A DNA stretch of 64,000 nt from Salinispira sp. (GTDB lineage: Bacteria > Spirochaetota > Spirochaetia > DSM-27196 > Salinispiraceae), in assembly GCA_965226555.1 (NCBI GenBank), contig CBDDDG010000014.1, positions 160,001 to 224,000 of the forward strand. The letters are read 5' to 3'. A program made the position numbers and the translations under genes. The notes beneath the pieces were generated by a model, which was given only the letters and a program-made list of their open reading frames with translations, did no database searches and had not been told where the DNA came from. Shown here piece by piece: positions 12,291-22,776 of the stretch (positions are counted from its first letter, which is position 1; each line of letters starts with the position of its first letter).

Positions 12291-12320
12291 CGGCAGGCGC
12301 GGAACAATCCGAGCCTGCCG
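12291..12320 (+). terminator. GC hairpin after the DUF285 gene
   Basis: CGGCAGGC..GCCTGCCG; homologues at 27393-27428 and 43486-43519. Confidence 0.6.
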
Positions 12321-12371
12321 ACTATTTCATTTTGGTATTGACAGGCATTTTCTGAATATGTTATGTATATT

Positions 12372-13366
12372 AGCCCGTGTGAGGGTTTTAACCGCATAAA
12401 TGTCTAAATTCTAACCATGAATTGCAATGCTTTTTACACAAATACACTGCCATAGTGTGAGCGAGGAGTTTTCTCCATAATCGGGATGTGAAATGCCATA
12501 TATCCCGCGCCCGTATTTTTTGAATATGAAATCGTTCTGATAACTGGCTGATAACCGTTTCAATTATTCTTCGGGTATTCATCATCCAGCTCATCTGCTC
12601 AGGGCTGTGTATCTGTTTCATATTTTTTCTCACGGGTGTTTCAAGTGCGATATTGTGTTCCGCAAAGAACGGCGCTTTGCCAATGTATCCCTTATCGCCT
12701 AAAAGTATTCCCTGCATACTGTTACAGAAATCTTCCGCCGCTTCTCTCTCATCGACATTCGCAGGGGTAAGAGTATAGTCGATAATCAGCCCATCGGCGG
12801 TTATCAGAATATGTCCCTTAAACCCATAATAATGCATGTTTTTTGCCGCGCAAAATCCATACGATGCCTGACCTTTGAATAGTCTGCAACGATTCGCTCT
12901 GCGGAAATTACACAGGGGCAGAGGAAATCCGTCAACGCAATAGACCGGAGCACTCTGTGAGATCAATGTTTGCGTGATGTATTTGTGAAGTTCCTGTTTA
13001 ATCCCCCAGAGATGCGCTGATTGACGGACATAGGCCGTCCGATGTCCAATATGTGGAAAGAGAGTTCTCCAATGCTCGACAAAATACCGATGAATACCTT
13101 TGTCGGTATCAATACCGAAAAACTCACCAACAATTCCCATGGTTAACACCTCATCATCGCCAAGTTTTGGTTTCGGCCCGCGTGATCGCAACCGTTCCAT
13201 ACTATTTTTATTCATTTTCATCCAATCACTTATCATACAGAATATTTCTATGATAAAATCCTCTCTGAGCACCTTTCCCTCCCGTTTGGTGTAAGGTTTT
13301 TTTAATACTTTACGGGAAGGGGTGCTCTTTTTTCAAGCCACTACACAAAAAACCCTCACACGGGCT
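12372..13366 (-). mobile_element. IS982-family IS, copy 2 (transposase 12388-13272)
   Basis: Same TIRs as copy 1, TSD TATATT. Confidence 0.93.
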
Positions 13367-13435
13367 TATATTGTAAAGAAATTCTGAGCCTGTTGCCGTG
13401 CAGCAATCTCTCATAAAAACATATGGAGGAAATTT

Positions 13436-14929
13436 ATGTGTAAGAAGATATTGATAATATTATTGTTGACTATTCTCATATTAAGTGGGTGTATGAAGCA
13501 GCTTGGTCTTGGTGGTGAATGCACTGTTGATTCTGACTGCGCCAGTAATATTTGTGGATATACTAATGATGGGACGCTGAATCGAGTGTGTTTAAGCGGG
13601 GCTCCGGGTAGCTATTGTTCAAGTGATTCCAGTTGCGCCGATGGAATAGAATGTAGAGGTCAAGTATGCGGAGGGAGATCAGAAGGGAGCGTATGCTCTG
13701 AAAATGATCAATGTACATCAGGATTACATTGTTATAATTCCGCCTGCAGAGCCGATCAACCAACCGGTGGCGTATGTTCTGACAATAGCCAATGCGCTTC
13801 CGGCCTGCATTGTTACAACAATGCCTGTAGAGCCAATCAACCAGCCGGTGGGCTGTGTTCTGATGATTCCAATTGCGCCGATGGAAGAGAATGTATAGCT
13901 GAGGCATGCGGAGGGAGATCAGAAGGGAGCGTATGCTCTGAAAATGATCAATGTACATCAGGATTACATTGTTATAATGCTACCTGCAGAACCGTTCAAC
14001 CAGTCGGTGGTGTGTGTTCCGACAATAACCACTGCGCTTCTGGCCTGCATTGTTACAACAATGCCTGTAGAGCCAATCAACCAGCCGGTGGAGTGTGTTC
14101 TAACGATTCCAATTGCGCCGATGGAAGAGAATGTATAGCTAATGCATGTGGAGGGAGATTAGAAGGGAGCGTATGCTCTGAAAATGATCAATGTACATCA
14201 GGATTACATTGTTATAATGCTGCCTGCAGAACCGCTCAACCAACCGGTGGGGTGTGTTCCGACAATAGCCACTGCGCTTCCGGCCTGCATTGTTACAACA
14301 ATGCCTGTAGAGCCAATCAACCAGCCGGTGGGCTGTGTTCTAACGATTCCAATTGCGCCGATGGAAGAAAATGTATAGCTGATGCATGCGGAGGGAGATT
14401 AGAAGGGAGCGCGTGCTCTGAAAATGATCAATGTACATCAGGATTACATTGTTATAATGCTGCCTGCAGAACCGCTCAACCAACCGGTGGGCTGTGTTCC
14501 GACAATAACCACTGCGCTTCCGGCCTGCATTGTTATAATGCTGCCTGCAGAACCGATCAAGCAGCTGGCGGAGCATGTTCCGACAATAGCCACTGCGCTT
14601 CCGGCCTGCATTGTTACAACAATACCTGCAGAACCGATCAATCAGTCGGTGGGGCGTGTTCTGACAATAACCATTGTGTTGGGGAGCTCCTCTGTTATGA
14701 GGGCGCATGTCGGGATGGATATCCAAATGGACACAGATGCGCAAGTAACAGTGAATGCGAAAGTGATTTCTGCGATAATCATGATTTTAGAGCTCTTGCT
14801 AGTTCGAAAACCAATACTTGTAAGGATCGAAGCGGTTCTGGAGCGTCCTGCTATTCAAACGATATGTGTCAAAACGGCAATTGCTACTGCCCTTTTATTT
14901 GCATTACTGAAGGCTGGAAATGCAATTAA
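13436..14929 (+). CDS. Cys-rich repeat lipoprotein 1
   Basis: RBS GGAGG, lipobox LSGC, 26-27-aa C-x5-C-x5-C-x4-C modules arranged in 80-aa super-repeats. Confidence 0.85.
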   Translation: MCKKILIILLLTILILSGCMKQLGLGGECTVDSDCASNICGYTNDGTLNRVCLSGAPGSYCSSDSSCADGIECRGQVCGGRSEGSVCSENDQCTSGLHCYNSACRADQPTGGVCSDNSQCASGLHCYNNACRANQPAGGLCSDDSNCADGRECIAEACGGRSEGSVCSENDQCTSGLHCYNATCRTVQPVGGVCSDNNHCASGLHCYNNACRANQPAGGVCSNDSNCADGRECIANACGGRLEGSVCSENDQCTSGLHCYNAACRTAQPTGGVCSDNSHCASGLHCYNNACRANQPAGGLCSNDSNCADGRKCIADACGGRLEGSACSENDQCTSGLHCYNAACRTAQPTGGLCSDNNHCASGLHCYNAACRTDQAAGGACSDNSHCASGLHCYNNTCRTDQSVGGACSDNNHCVGELLCYEGACRDGYPNGHRCASNSECESDFCDNHDFRALASSKTNTCKDRSGSGASCYSNDMCQNGNCYCPFICITEGWKCN

Positions 14930-15057
14930 CTGTTTTGAAATTTTACAGAATACAAAAATTTCTATAAAATAAGAAAATGCTAAGTATAAAGAAAGCATTC
15001 CAAATCTGAGACTGTTGCAGCGCAACAATCTCTCATAAAAACGAATGGAGGAAATTC

Positions 15058-16311
15058 ATGTGTAAGAAGGTATTGATAATATTACTGTTGACTATTCTCA
15101 TATTAAGTGGGTGTATGAAGCAGCTTGGTCTTGGTGATGAATGCACTGTTGATTCTGACTGTGCCAGTAATATTTGTGGATATACTAATGATGGGACGCT
15201 GAATCGAGTGTGTTTAAGCGGGGCTCCGGGCAGCTATTGTTCAAGTGATTCCAGTTGCGCCGATGGAATAGAATGTAGAGGTCAAGTATGCGGAGGGAGA
15301 TCAGAAGGGAGCGCATGCTCTGAAAATGATCAATGTACATCAGGATTACATTGTTATAATGCCGCCTGCAGAACCGTTCAACCAGCCGGTGGGCTGTGTT
15401 CCGACAATAGCCAATGCGCTTCCGGCCTGCATTGTTACAACAATGCCTGTAGAGCCAATCAACCAGCCGGTGGGCTGTGTTCTGATGATTCCAATTGCGC
15501 CGATGGAAGAGAATGTAGAGGTCAGGTATGCGGAGGGAGATCAGAAGGGAGCGCGTGCTCTGAAAATGATCAATGTACATCAGGATTACATTGTTATAAT
15601 GCTGCCTGCAGAGCCGCTCAACCAACCGGTGGCGTATGTTCTGACAATAGCCACTGTGCTTCCGGCCTGCATTGTTACAATGCTGCCTGTAGAGCCAATC
15701 AACCAGCCGGTGGGCTGTGTTCTAACGATTCCAATTGCGCCGATGGAAGAGAATGTATAGCTGATGCATGTGGCGGGAGATTAGAAGGAAGCGTATGCTC
15801 TGTAAATGATCAATGTACATCAGGATTACATTGTTATAATGCTGCCTGCAGAACCGATCAACCAACCGGTGGCGTATGTTCTGACAATAGCCACTGCGCT
15901 TCCGGCCTGCATTGTTACAATGCTGCCTGTAGAGTTACTCAAGCAGCTGGCGGAGCATGTTCCGACAATAGCCACTGCGCTTCCGGCCTGCATTGTTACA
16001 ACAATACCTGCAGAACCGATCAATCAGTCGGCGGGGCGTGTTCTGACAATAGCCATTGTCTTGGGGAGCTCGTCTGTTATGAGGGCGCATGTCGGGACGG
16101 ATATCCAAATGGACACAGTTGCACGCGTAACAATGAATGCGAAAGTGATTTCTGCGATAATTCGGATTTTATAGCTTTTGCTAGTCCGTATACCAATAGA
16201 TGTCAGGAGCGAAAAGGTTATAGACAGGCCTGCCATTCAAACGATATGTGTCAAAGCGGCAATTGCGACTGCTTCTCTATTTGCATTACTGAAGGCTGGA
16301 AATGCAATTAA
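15058..16311 (+). CDS. Cys-rich repeat lipoprotein 2 (tandem paralogue)
   Basis: Same architecture, exactly 80 aa shorter; downstream spacer duplicated (14930-15030 vs 16312-16412). Confidence 0.85.
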   Translation: MCKKVLIILLLTILILSGCMKQLGLGDECTVDSDCASNICGYTNDGTLNRVCLSGAPGSYCSSDSSCADGIECRGQVCGGRSEGSACSENDQCTSGLHCYNAACRTVQPAGGLCSDNSQCASGLHCYNNACRANQPAGGLCSDDSNCADGRECRGQVCGGRSEGSACSENDQCTSGLHCYNAACRAAQPTGGVCSDNSHCASGLHCYNAACRANQPAGGLCSNDSNCADGRECIADACGGRLEGSVCSVNDQCTSGLHCYNAACRTDQPTGGVCSDNSHCASGLHCYNAACRVTQAAGGACSDNSHCASGLHCYNNTCRTDQSVGGACSDNSHCLGELVCYEGACRDGYPNGHSCTRNNECESDFCDNSDFIAFASPYTNRCQERKGYRQACHSNDMCQSGNCDCFSICITEGWKCN

Positions 16312-16443
16312 CTGTTTTGAAATTTTACAGAATACAAAAATTTCTATAAAATAAGAAAATGCTAAGCATAAAGAAAGCATTCCAAATCTAAGACTGTTGC
16401 AGCGCAGCAATCTTAGTAATACAATAATGAGAGGATTCTTAAC

Positions 16444-17289
16444 ATGAATACATCAAAAAAAAGCCCCGGGAAAGCAATCCCTGCGGGCATTATTATTCTA
16501 CTTTGTCTGAGTGCTGCAGTACTTGCTATTAATCTGATATTTTCCGTGTCAACGAATGTCAGAGTTAACAGGCTGCATCAATTTTACAATGCCTTTTCGG
16601 CCGATTACCGATCGCTGGGCGGCAGTGGCGGCGGCAGTGGCGGCGGCAGCGGGAATCAGGCGGTTCCGGGAGTCGGAGAACCGACCCCCGACAGTGCGGG
16701 CGGCTCCGAGGCCATTACCTGCGCGAATGGCGATATTGACATTGCCTCCGATCCGTCAGTTGGCAGCCCCGATGCGCCGGTCGTTATTGTGGAGTATTCC
16801 GATTTCGAGTGTCCGTTCTGCGCGCGTTTTGTGACCGGAGTGTATCCGCAGATAAAGAGCGCCTACATCGATTCAGGTCAGGCGCGGCTCATTTTCAAGG
16901 ATTTCCCGCTTGATCGCTCTCACCCTCTTGCCATACCGGCCGCGGTGGCGGCAAACTGTGTTGCGCGGGAGCTGGGAGATGAGGCTTTCTTCGCCTACCA
17001 CGACCGGCTGTTCTTTCAGCAGACTGCGTTGTCGGAACAGAACATTATGGACTGGGCAAAGGAAGCGGGGCTGTCAGACGCGCAGATTAAGGCCTGTACT
17101 GCCGATTCATCTATGGTCGATGAGATTCTTGCCGACCGAAGCGAGGGAAGTAGTCTCGGTATTTCGGGCACGCCCAGCTTTGTCATTAACGGAGAAATTG
17201 TTGTCGGCGCTCAGCCATTTTCTGTTTTTAAGCAGAGCATCGACAGGGCGCTGGAACGGGCGGAAGCCGGTCTCAGTTGCGGGGAGTAA
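16444..17289 (+). CDS. dsbA: DsbA-family thiol-disulfide oxidoreductase, membrane-anchored
   Basis: EYSDFECPFC, KDFPL and GTPSF motifs; N-terminal TM segment and Gly/Ser linker. Confidence 0.88.
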   Translation: MNTSKKSPGKAIPAGIIILLCLSAAVLAINLIFSVSTNVRVNRLHQFYNAFSADYRSLGGSGGGSGGGSGNQAVPGVGEPTPDSAGGSEAITCANGDIDIASDPSVGSPDAPVVIVEYSDFECPFCARFVTGVYPQIKSAYIDSGQARLIFKDFPLDRSHPLAIPAAVAANCVARELGDEAFFAYHDRLFFQQTALSEQNIMDWAKEAGLSDAQIKACTADSSMVDEILADRSEGSSLGISGTPSFVINGEIVVGAQPFSVFKQSIDRALERAEAGLSCGE

Positions 17290-17426
17290 ATTCGCGCGAG
17301 CATGACATGAGAAATTTGCGTTTGTTTGTAAAATTTTTCTAAAAAGTGTTTGACAAAAAAGACGCTATGCTATATTGTTCATAGTACGATATAACATTTG
17401 TAATCTATGTCGTATATTAAAGGAGT

Positions 17427-18464
17427 ATGCAAATGAAAAAGTTTCTGGCTTTTATCTTCATTGCTTTAATCGCAAGCACGTCTGTGTTTGCCGAAGAATC
17501 AAAACTCATTGATTTTAATACAATCAACGGAGCCAACACTGAAATTGATATTTCTTCCGATACGCAAAGCGCTCAGCTTATCGCATCGTTAAATATTGAT
17601 GACTGGCGGATTAAATTGAATTCATCCGCGAACAGCGTGATCAATCAATCGGTTTCGACCGTCAAAACATCTACTGTTGATGGCGGTATGTTCGCAGGTG
17701 CATCGGTTCTTGGCGCCCGTATACATTTTCCGGTTGCGCCCGTCAATTCATGGGGGTTGATAAAGCCTCCATTTGAAATTCCGGCCTACTATGGAGCTGA
17801 CGGTTCACAATTTATGAACAATGGTGTCGTAATGAATGTGGGAACCATTAAGGAAATTCGAACCTATGTCTATGGGCTCAACTATCCGCATAGTATTAGT
17901 GTCATCCTTGAGGATCACACAAACAAGGAAAAGGAGTATTTTCTTGGCAGTCTTGAGTTTGATGGCTGGCGTCAACTCACATGGCAAAATCCTGCCTACA
18001 TTGAAGACGTAAGGAATCGGGAACTTTCGAAAACTCCGCTGTATCCGCATCTCGCCCCCTATGCCAAACTCATAGGGTTCAGGATATACCGCGATGGAAC
18101 CCATGTCGGAGGTGACTTCATTACCTATATTAAGGATGTTGACATTATCTACGATCAGGCACTTCTTGAAATTCAGCGGGATATTGATGACGAAACTATC
18201 TGGGGTATTATTGAAACCCGTGGAGATGTGCGGACTGCTGCCCAAAATTATCGGATCGGAGAGAGGTTACGTCTTGAATCTCAGGAAAGAGAAAAACAAG
18301 ATACTTCTCAACAGGATGCTGCTGTTCAACAGGATGCTGCTGTTCAACAGGATGCTGCTGTTCAACAAGATGCTGCTGTTCAACAAGATGCTGCTCAGCA
18401 GGATGCTCCTGTTCAACAAGATGCTGTTCAGCAGGATGCTGCTCAGCAAGATACTACTCAATAG
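17427..18464 (+). CDS. flaA: Flagellar filament outer layer (sheath) protein FlaA
   Basis: Signal peptide, LIDF, IKPPFEIPAY, NVGTIK, FDGWRQLTWQNPAY; C-terminal QQDAAV repeats. Confidence 0.92.
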   Translation: MQMKKFLAFIFIALIASTSVFAEESKLIDFNTINGANTEIDISSDTQSAQLIASLNIDDWRIKLNSSANSVINQSVSTVKTSTVDGGMFAGASVLGARIHFPVAPVNSWGLIKPPFEIPAYYGADGSQFMNNGVVMNVGTIKEIRTYVYGLNYPHSISVILEDHTNKEKEYFLGSLEFDGWRQLTWQNPAYIEDVRNRELSKTPLYPHLAPYAKLIGFRIYRDGTHVGGDFITYIKDVDIIYDQALLEIQRDIDDETIWGIIETRGDVRTAAQNYRIGERLRLESQEREKQDTSQQDAAVQQDAAVQQDAAVQQDAAVQQDAAQQDAPVQQDAVQQDAAQQDTTQ

Positions 18465-18522
18465 TAGGGTGTACCGATAGGTACAGAGCGTTCATCATTG
18501 TGTTGATAATGAAATGTTGATG

Positions 18523-18553
18523 AAAAAAGCGGCAGGATTTTCTGCCGCTTTTT
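18523..18553 (+). terminator. Bidirectional intrinsic terminator
   Basis: AAAAAAGCGGCAG-loop-CTGCCGCTTTTT. Confidence 0.85.
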
Positions 18554-18605
18554 CTATGTGGCGCTTTTTCGCATATAGGCGCAAGCAAAAGCGCAAAAAA
18601 AAATA

Positions 18606-18679
18606 GGGCGGTTAGCTCAGTTGGTTAGAGCACCAGCTCGACACGCTGGGGGTCGCTGGTTCGAGTCCTGCACCGCCCA
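18606..18679 (+). tRNA. tRNA-Val(GAC)
   Basis: Acceptor stem GGGCGGT/ACCGCCC, D-arm AGCTCAGTTGG, anticodon arm CCAGC-TCGACAC-GCTGG, TTCGAG T-loop; CCA not encoded. Confidence 0.93.
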
Positions 18680-18687
18680 AGGAAATT

Positions 18688-18714
18688 AAGGCCTGCATAA
18701 TACATGCAGGCCTT
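18688..18714. terminator. Hairpin between the tRNA and ilvN
   Basis: AAGGCCTGCAT..ATGCAGGCCTT. Confidence 0.6.
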
Positions 18715-19228
18715 AATTATATTCTTTAAGTCCGCGTGCCATCAGCACCTTACCTGTTCTCATGAGTTCGACAATATCGAATTCCTTGAAAACTTCGCAG
18801 GCGCTGTCAATCCGTTCGCTGTTGCCCTCTATTTCAATAATTACTGAATCGGGCATAACGTCAATAATAGTACACTTCATCGCATCAGCAAGCTGAAAAA
18901 CCTCAAGACGGGCATGTCCGGAACAGGCAAGTTTAAACAATGCCAATTCTTTCTGAATAATGTCTTCATTGGTTCTGTCATGCGCAGAAACAACATCCAC
19001 AAGTTTATTAAGCTGCTTAATAATCTGATCAAGAACTTTTTGATCCCCTCTGGCAGTAATGTTCATTCTCGAAAAATGCGGATCATTCGATGCCGATACC
19101 ACCAGACTGTCAATGTTGTATCCCCTGCGGGCAAAGACCAATGCAACCCGTATAAGCACTCCCGGCTTGTTAGACACAAAGAGGCTGATTGTATGACGTT
19201 TCATCGTATCGTTCATGTTTTTCTCCAT
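18713..19228 (-). CDS. ilvN: Acetolactate synthase small subunit
   Basis: NKPGVL.RV..VFARRGYNIDSL ACT domain. Confidence 0.95.
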   Translation of the reverse strand: MEKNMNDTMKRHTISLFVSNKPGVLIRVALVFARRGYNIDSLVVSASNDPHFSRMNITARGDQKVLDQIIKQLNKLVDVVSAHDRTNEDIIQKELALFKLACSGHARLEVFQLADAMKCTIIDVMPDSVIIEIEGNSERIDSACEVFKEFDIVELMRTGKVLMARGLKEYN

Positions 19229-19282
19229 TATCTGTACCCCGATCGGTTTTTATCAGGTCGATGTATATTAGGTCGATGTATA

Positions 19283-21001
19283 TTAGGTCGATCCAACGGG
19301 TTTCTCCAGTTCAATCTTTGGTTCCTCAAGTATCATATCCGCAAGCGCTGCGCCGGCAGGAATCATGGGGAATACATTGCTCTCTTTTTCAACGATGGCA
19401 TCAATCACAACCGGCCCCTCATTCCATGCAAGAGCAGATGCGATAATCCGTTTAACATCGGCGCTGCGCTTCAGTTTGTATCCCTTGGCGCCATAGCTTT
19501 CCGCAAGTTTGACAAAGTCCGGATTTCCTTCCATATCAACACCCGAAAGACGGTTTTCATAAAAAAGACTTTGCCATTGCCGAACCATGCCAAGGTATGC
19601 GTTATTTATAATAAGAATTTTTATGGGCAGTTTATTAACCACGGCGGTCGCCAGTTCACAGAGGGTCATTTGAAAGCCGCCGTCACCAACTACTGAAATA
19701 ACAGTCTTATCGGGCTGCGCAAATTGGGCGCCGATTGCTGCGGGAAAGCCGAATCCCATTGTTCCGGCTCCTCCGGAGCTTATCCAGTGGAAGCGGTCAT
19801 TTGTTCGGCAATACTGAGCTGCCCACATCTGATGCTGTCCAACATCGGTTGTAACAATTGCCTTACCCTTACTTTGAATATGCATTTCATCAATAACATG
19901 CTGAGCCGATAATTTTCCCGTACGGCGGTAATGAAGAGGAAAATCCCGTTTCCAACGCCGTATCTGCCTGATCCAATCCAGTGTCTGACCGGGGCGGCAA
20001 TGTTTAAGAAGTTCCCCAACAATTTTCCGCGCATCCCCATGAAGGGTAACATCCATGCTGAGAACCTTTTCAAATTCAGACGGATCAATGTCAATGTGAA
20101 TTTTCTTTGCATCTGTGCAGAAGGCATCTGTTTTACCAACAATACGGTCATCCCAACGTGAGCCAATGGACATGATCAGATCGCAACTGGTAACAGCCTT
20201 GTTGGCGTAGGCAGTCCCGTGCATGCCGAGCATCCCGAGGCTCAGTTCATGATCCTCCGGAAAGCATCCCTTCCCAAGGAGGGTATTGGTTACCGGAATG
20301 TTCATTGTTTCCGCCAGTTCAATGACCTCCTTTTCTGCGCCCGAGATAACCGCGCCATGACCAACAAGGAGAATGGGACGCTGAGCCTTTCTCAGAAGAT
20401 TTACTGTTTCAGCAATTTCTTCTGCTGTCGTATTGTTCAATGAAGGCATATAGCCGGGAATGTGAAATTCTTCATCGTAACGGGGAACGATCATTGCTGA
20501 AGAAATATCTTTTGGAACATCAATAAGTACCGGCCCGGGCCTTCCGCTCTGGGCAATATAAAATGCTTCCCTCATTATTCGGGGGATATTTTCAGGGTCC
20601 TTTATAAGATAGGAATGTTTTACAACCGGAAAGGAAATACCGGAAACATCGGCTTCCTGAAAGGCATCAAGACCCAGATTCCATGTGGTATTCTGACCGG
20701 TAATAATGACCATGGGAACTGAATCCATTTGAGCGGTAAGAATGCCGGTAATAGTATTAGTAGCGCCGGGACCCGATGTTACAAGCACAACTGCGGGTTT
20801 TCCTGAAGCCCGGGCATAGCCGTCTGCCATATGGGCTGCACCCTGTTCGTGGCGGGTGAGAATGAGTTTGACCGGAGAACCAACAATGGCGTCAAATATC
20901 GGAATTGCCGCGCCGCCCGGTAATCCGAAAATATATTTCACTCCCTGCTTATGAATCATCTCAATAATAACTTCAGCGCCGCTCATCGTTGTGCTTTTCA
21001 T
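19283..21001 (-). CDS. ilvB: Acetolactate synthase large subunit
   Basis: [29 protein letters not shown]. Confidence 0.96.
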   Translation of the reverse strand: MKSTTMSGAEVIIEMIHKQGVKYIFGLPGGAAIPIFDAIVGSPVKLILTRHEQGAAHMADGYARASGKPAVVLVTSGPGATNTITGILTAQMDSVPMVIITGQNTTWNLGLDAFQEADVSGISFPVVKHSYLIKDPENIPRIMREAFYIAQSGRPGPVLIDVPKDISSAMIVPRYDEEFHIPGYMPSLNNTTAEEIAETVNLLRKAQRPILLVGHGAVISGAEKEVIELAETMNIPVTNTLLGKGCFPEDHELSLGMLGMHGTAYANKAVTSCDLIMSIGSRWDDRIVGKTDAFCTDAKKIHIDIDPSEFEKVLSMDVTLHGDARKIVGELLKHCRPGQTLDWIRQIRRWKRDFPLHYRRTGKLSAQHVIDEMHIQSKGKAIVTTDVGQHQMWAAQYCRTNDRFHWISSGGAGTMGFGFPAAIGAQFAQPDKTVISVVGDGGFQMTLCELATAVVNKLPIKILIINNAYLGMVRQWQSLFYENRLSGVDMEGNPDFVKLAESYGAKGYKLKRSADVKRIIASALAWNEGPVVIDAIVEKESNVFPMIPAGAALADMILEEPKIELEKPVGST

Positions 21002-21267
21002 AGGTACCCTCCTTGTAAAGGCATAGAGTTATATAATATATATTACAAAAAAAATGATAAAGTCAAGAAAAATATGAAAAATATGAAAAAAATATACAAT
21101 AAAAATATAAAGTTTCCCATTTATATAAAAAAATGCACCAGAAATTTACAAAAAAACCATGTAATTTCACGAAATGTCAATTTTTAGTAGAAGACCTGTG
21201 TGGTATATAATCGGAATAGATGATATATTTGCCTGAAATACAGGAGACCGAAATCAGGAGAATAGGC

Positions 21268-22761
21268 ATGAAAACGGTGTTGGTAATTGGAGGCGGTTTT
21301 ACGGGAATGGCTGTTGCCGCGCTTCTCCAGAATAAGGGAATGGATGTAAGTATTGCAGAGAAGAACAGCCAACTTGGCGGAAGGGCGCGGACCTGGTCCA
21401 GTAAGGGCTATACCTTCGATATGGGTCCCTCATGGTATCTCATGCCGGAGGTATTTGAAAAATTCTTCACGGGTTTGGGTAAAAAACGGGAAGATTATTA
21501 CACGCTGCGGAAACTTGATCCGCTTTACCGGGTGTTTTTTGAAGGAGAAAACACCGTCGACATTCATTCCGACATTGAGCAGACAGCAAAGCTTTTTGAG
21601 AGTTTTGAACGGGGAGGGCAGGAGCGCCTCAATGCCTATCTTGAAAATTGCAGGTATACATATCAGCTTGCATTAAACCGCTTTCTCTACTCCGAATACC
21701 GCAATATCTTTCAATTCTTTAATCCATCCACCGTTTTTCATGGTCTGCGTCTCGGAATTTTCAGGAGTCTGCATAAACATGTACAGAAATATTTTTCCGA
21801 TCACCGCGCGCAGAAAATCTTGGAATATGCCATGGTCTTTCTCGGTACCAGCCCAAATGCTGCTCCGTCATTTTACTCAATTATGAGTCATGTTGATCTT
21901 GTGCAGGGAGTCTATTTTCCTCAGGGTGGAATGGGCGCCATGGTCGCCGGTATGGAAAAACTTCTTTCGGAATTGAATGTTACTGTGAGAACTAATTGCG
22001 AGGTGCAGCATATACATGCGAATGGGAATAAGGTAGAGAGCGTTCAAACAAGCCAGGGCATTATGAAGCCCGATTATGTCATCGGTACGGGCGATTATCA
22101 TCATCTTGAGCAGGATTTACTTGAAAAACCCTATCGGAATTTATCGAAAAAATACTGGCAGAAAGCTGTTCTTGCCCCATCCATGTTCATTCTCTATCTG
22201 GGTGTCAGGAGGAAAATTCCGCAATTAGCGCATCATAATCTCTTCTTTGCTTCCGATTGGAACCGGCATTTTAATCAAATTTTTGAAAAACCACAGTGGC
22301 CGGACAATCCATCATATTATGTGAGCGCGGTAAGCCGTGATGATAGTACCATGGCTCCTCCGGGCAGGGAAAATATTTTCATTCTTGTTCCCATTGCTCC
22401 CGGGCTCGAATGCGCTGAAGAGCATAAACAGCGCTATGCCGAAAAAATGATTATTCATCTTGAGGCATTGACCGGCAAATCAATTCGAGATGAAATTGAG
22501 GTTCAGCGCATATATACTGCGCAGGATTTTCAGGATGATTATCATGCCTTCAGGGGTACAGCCCTTGGCCTCGCGCACACACTCGGCCAAACTGCCGTAT
22601 TTCGTCCGCCCATGCGGAACAGAAAGCTGGAAAATCTTTTCTATGCAGGGCAGTATACTCATCCCGGGGTCGGTGTTCCAATGACCTTCATCGCTGCGGA
22701 TATAGTCGCAGACATTCTGGCAAAAACTGCCGGAACTGCCGGAACTCCCGGAACTGCCTGA
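21268..22761 (+). CDS. crtI: Phytoene desaturase family protein
   Basis: GxGxxG, GGRA, FDMGPSWY, THPGVGVP; AGGAG before ATG 21268. Confidence 0.88.
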   Translation: MKTVLVIGGGFTGMAVAALLQNKGMDVSIAEKNSQLGGRARTWSSKGYTFDMGPSWYLMPEVFEKFFTGLGKKREDYYTLRKLDPLYRVFFEGENTVDIHSDIEQTAKLFESFERGGQERLNAYLENCRYTYQLALNRFLYSEYRNIFQFFNPSTVFHGLRLGIFRSLHKHVQKYFSDHRAQKILEYAMVFLGTSPNAAPSFYSIMSHVDLVQGVYFPQGGMGAMVAGMEKLLSELNVTVRTNCEVQHIHANGNKVESVQTSQGIMKPDYVIGTGDYHHLEQDLLEKPYRNLSKKYWQKAVLAPSMFILYLGVRRKIPQLAHHNLFFASDWNRHFNQIFEKPQWPDNPSYYVSAVSRDDSTMAPPGRENIFILVPIAPGLECAEEHKQRYAEKMIIHLEALTGKSIRDEIEVQRIYTAQDFQDDYHAFRGTALGLAHTLGQTAVFRPPMRNRKLENLFYAGQYTHPGVGVPMTFIAADIVADILAKTAGTAGTPGTA

Positions 22762-22776
22762 ATATAGTACTGCGGA

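Noticed and set aside
18655..18671. T-T mismatch in the tRNA-Val T-stem as a sign of a pseudo-tRNA or integration site
   Set aside because: The rest of the cloverleaf is canonical and no duplicated 3' end was seen.
19253..19292. 15-bp tandem repeat at the ilvB stop
   Set aside because: A simple local slippage duplication with no evident function.
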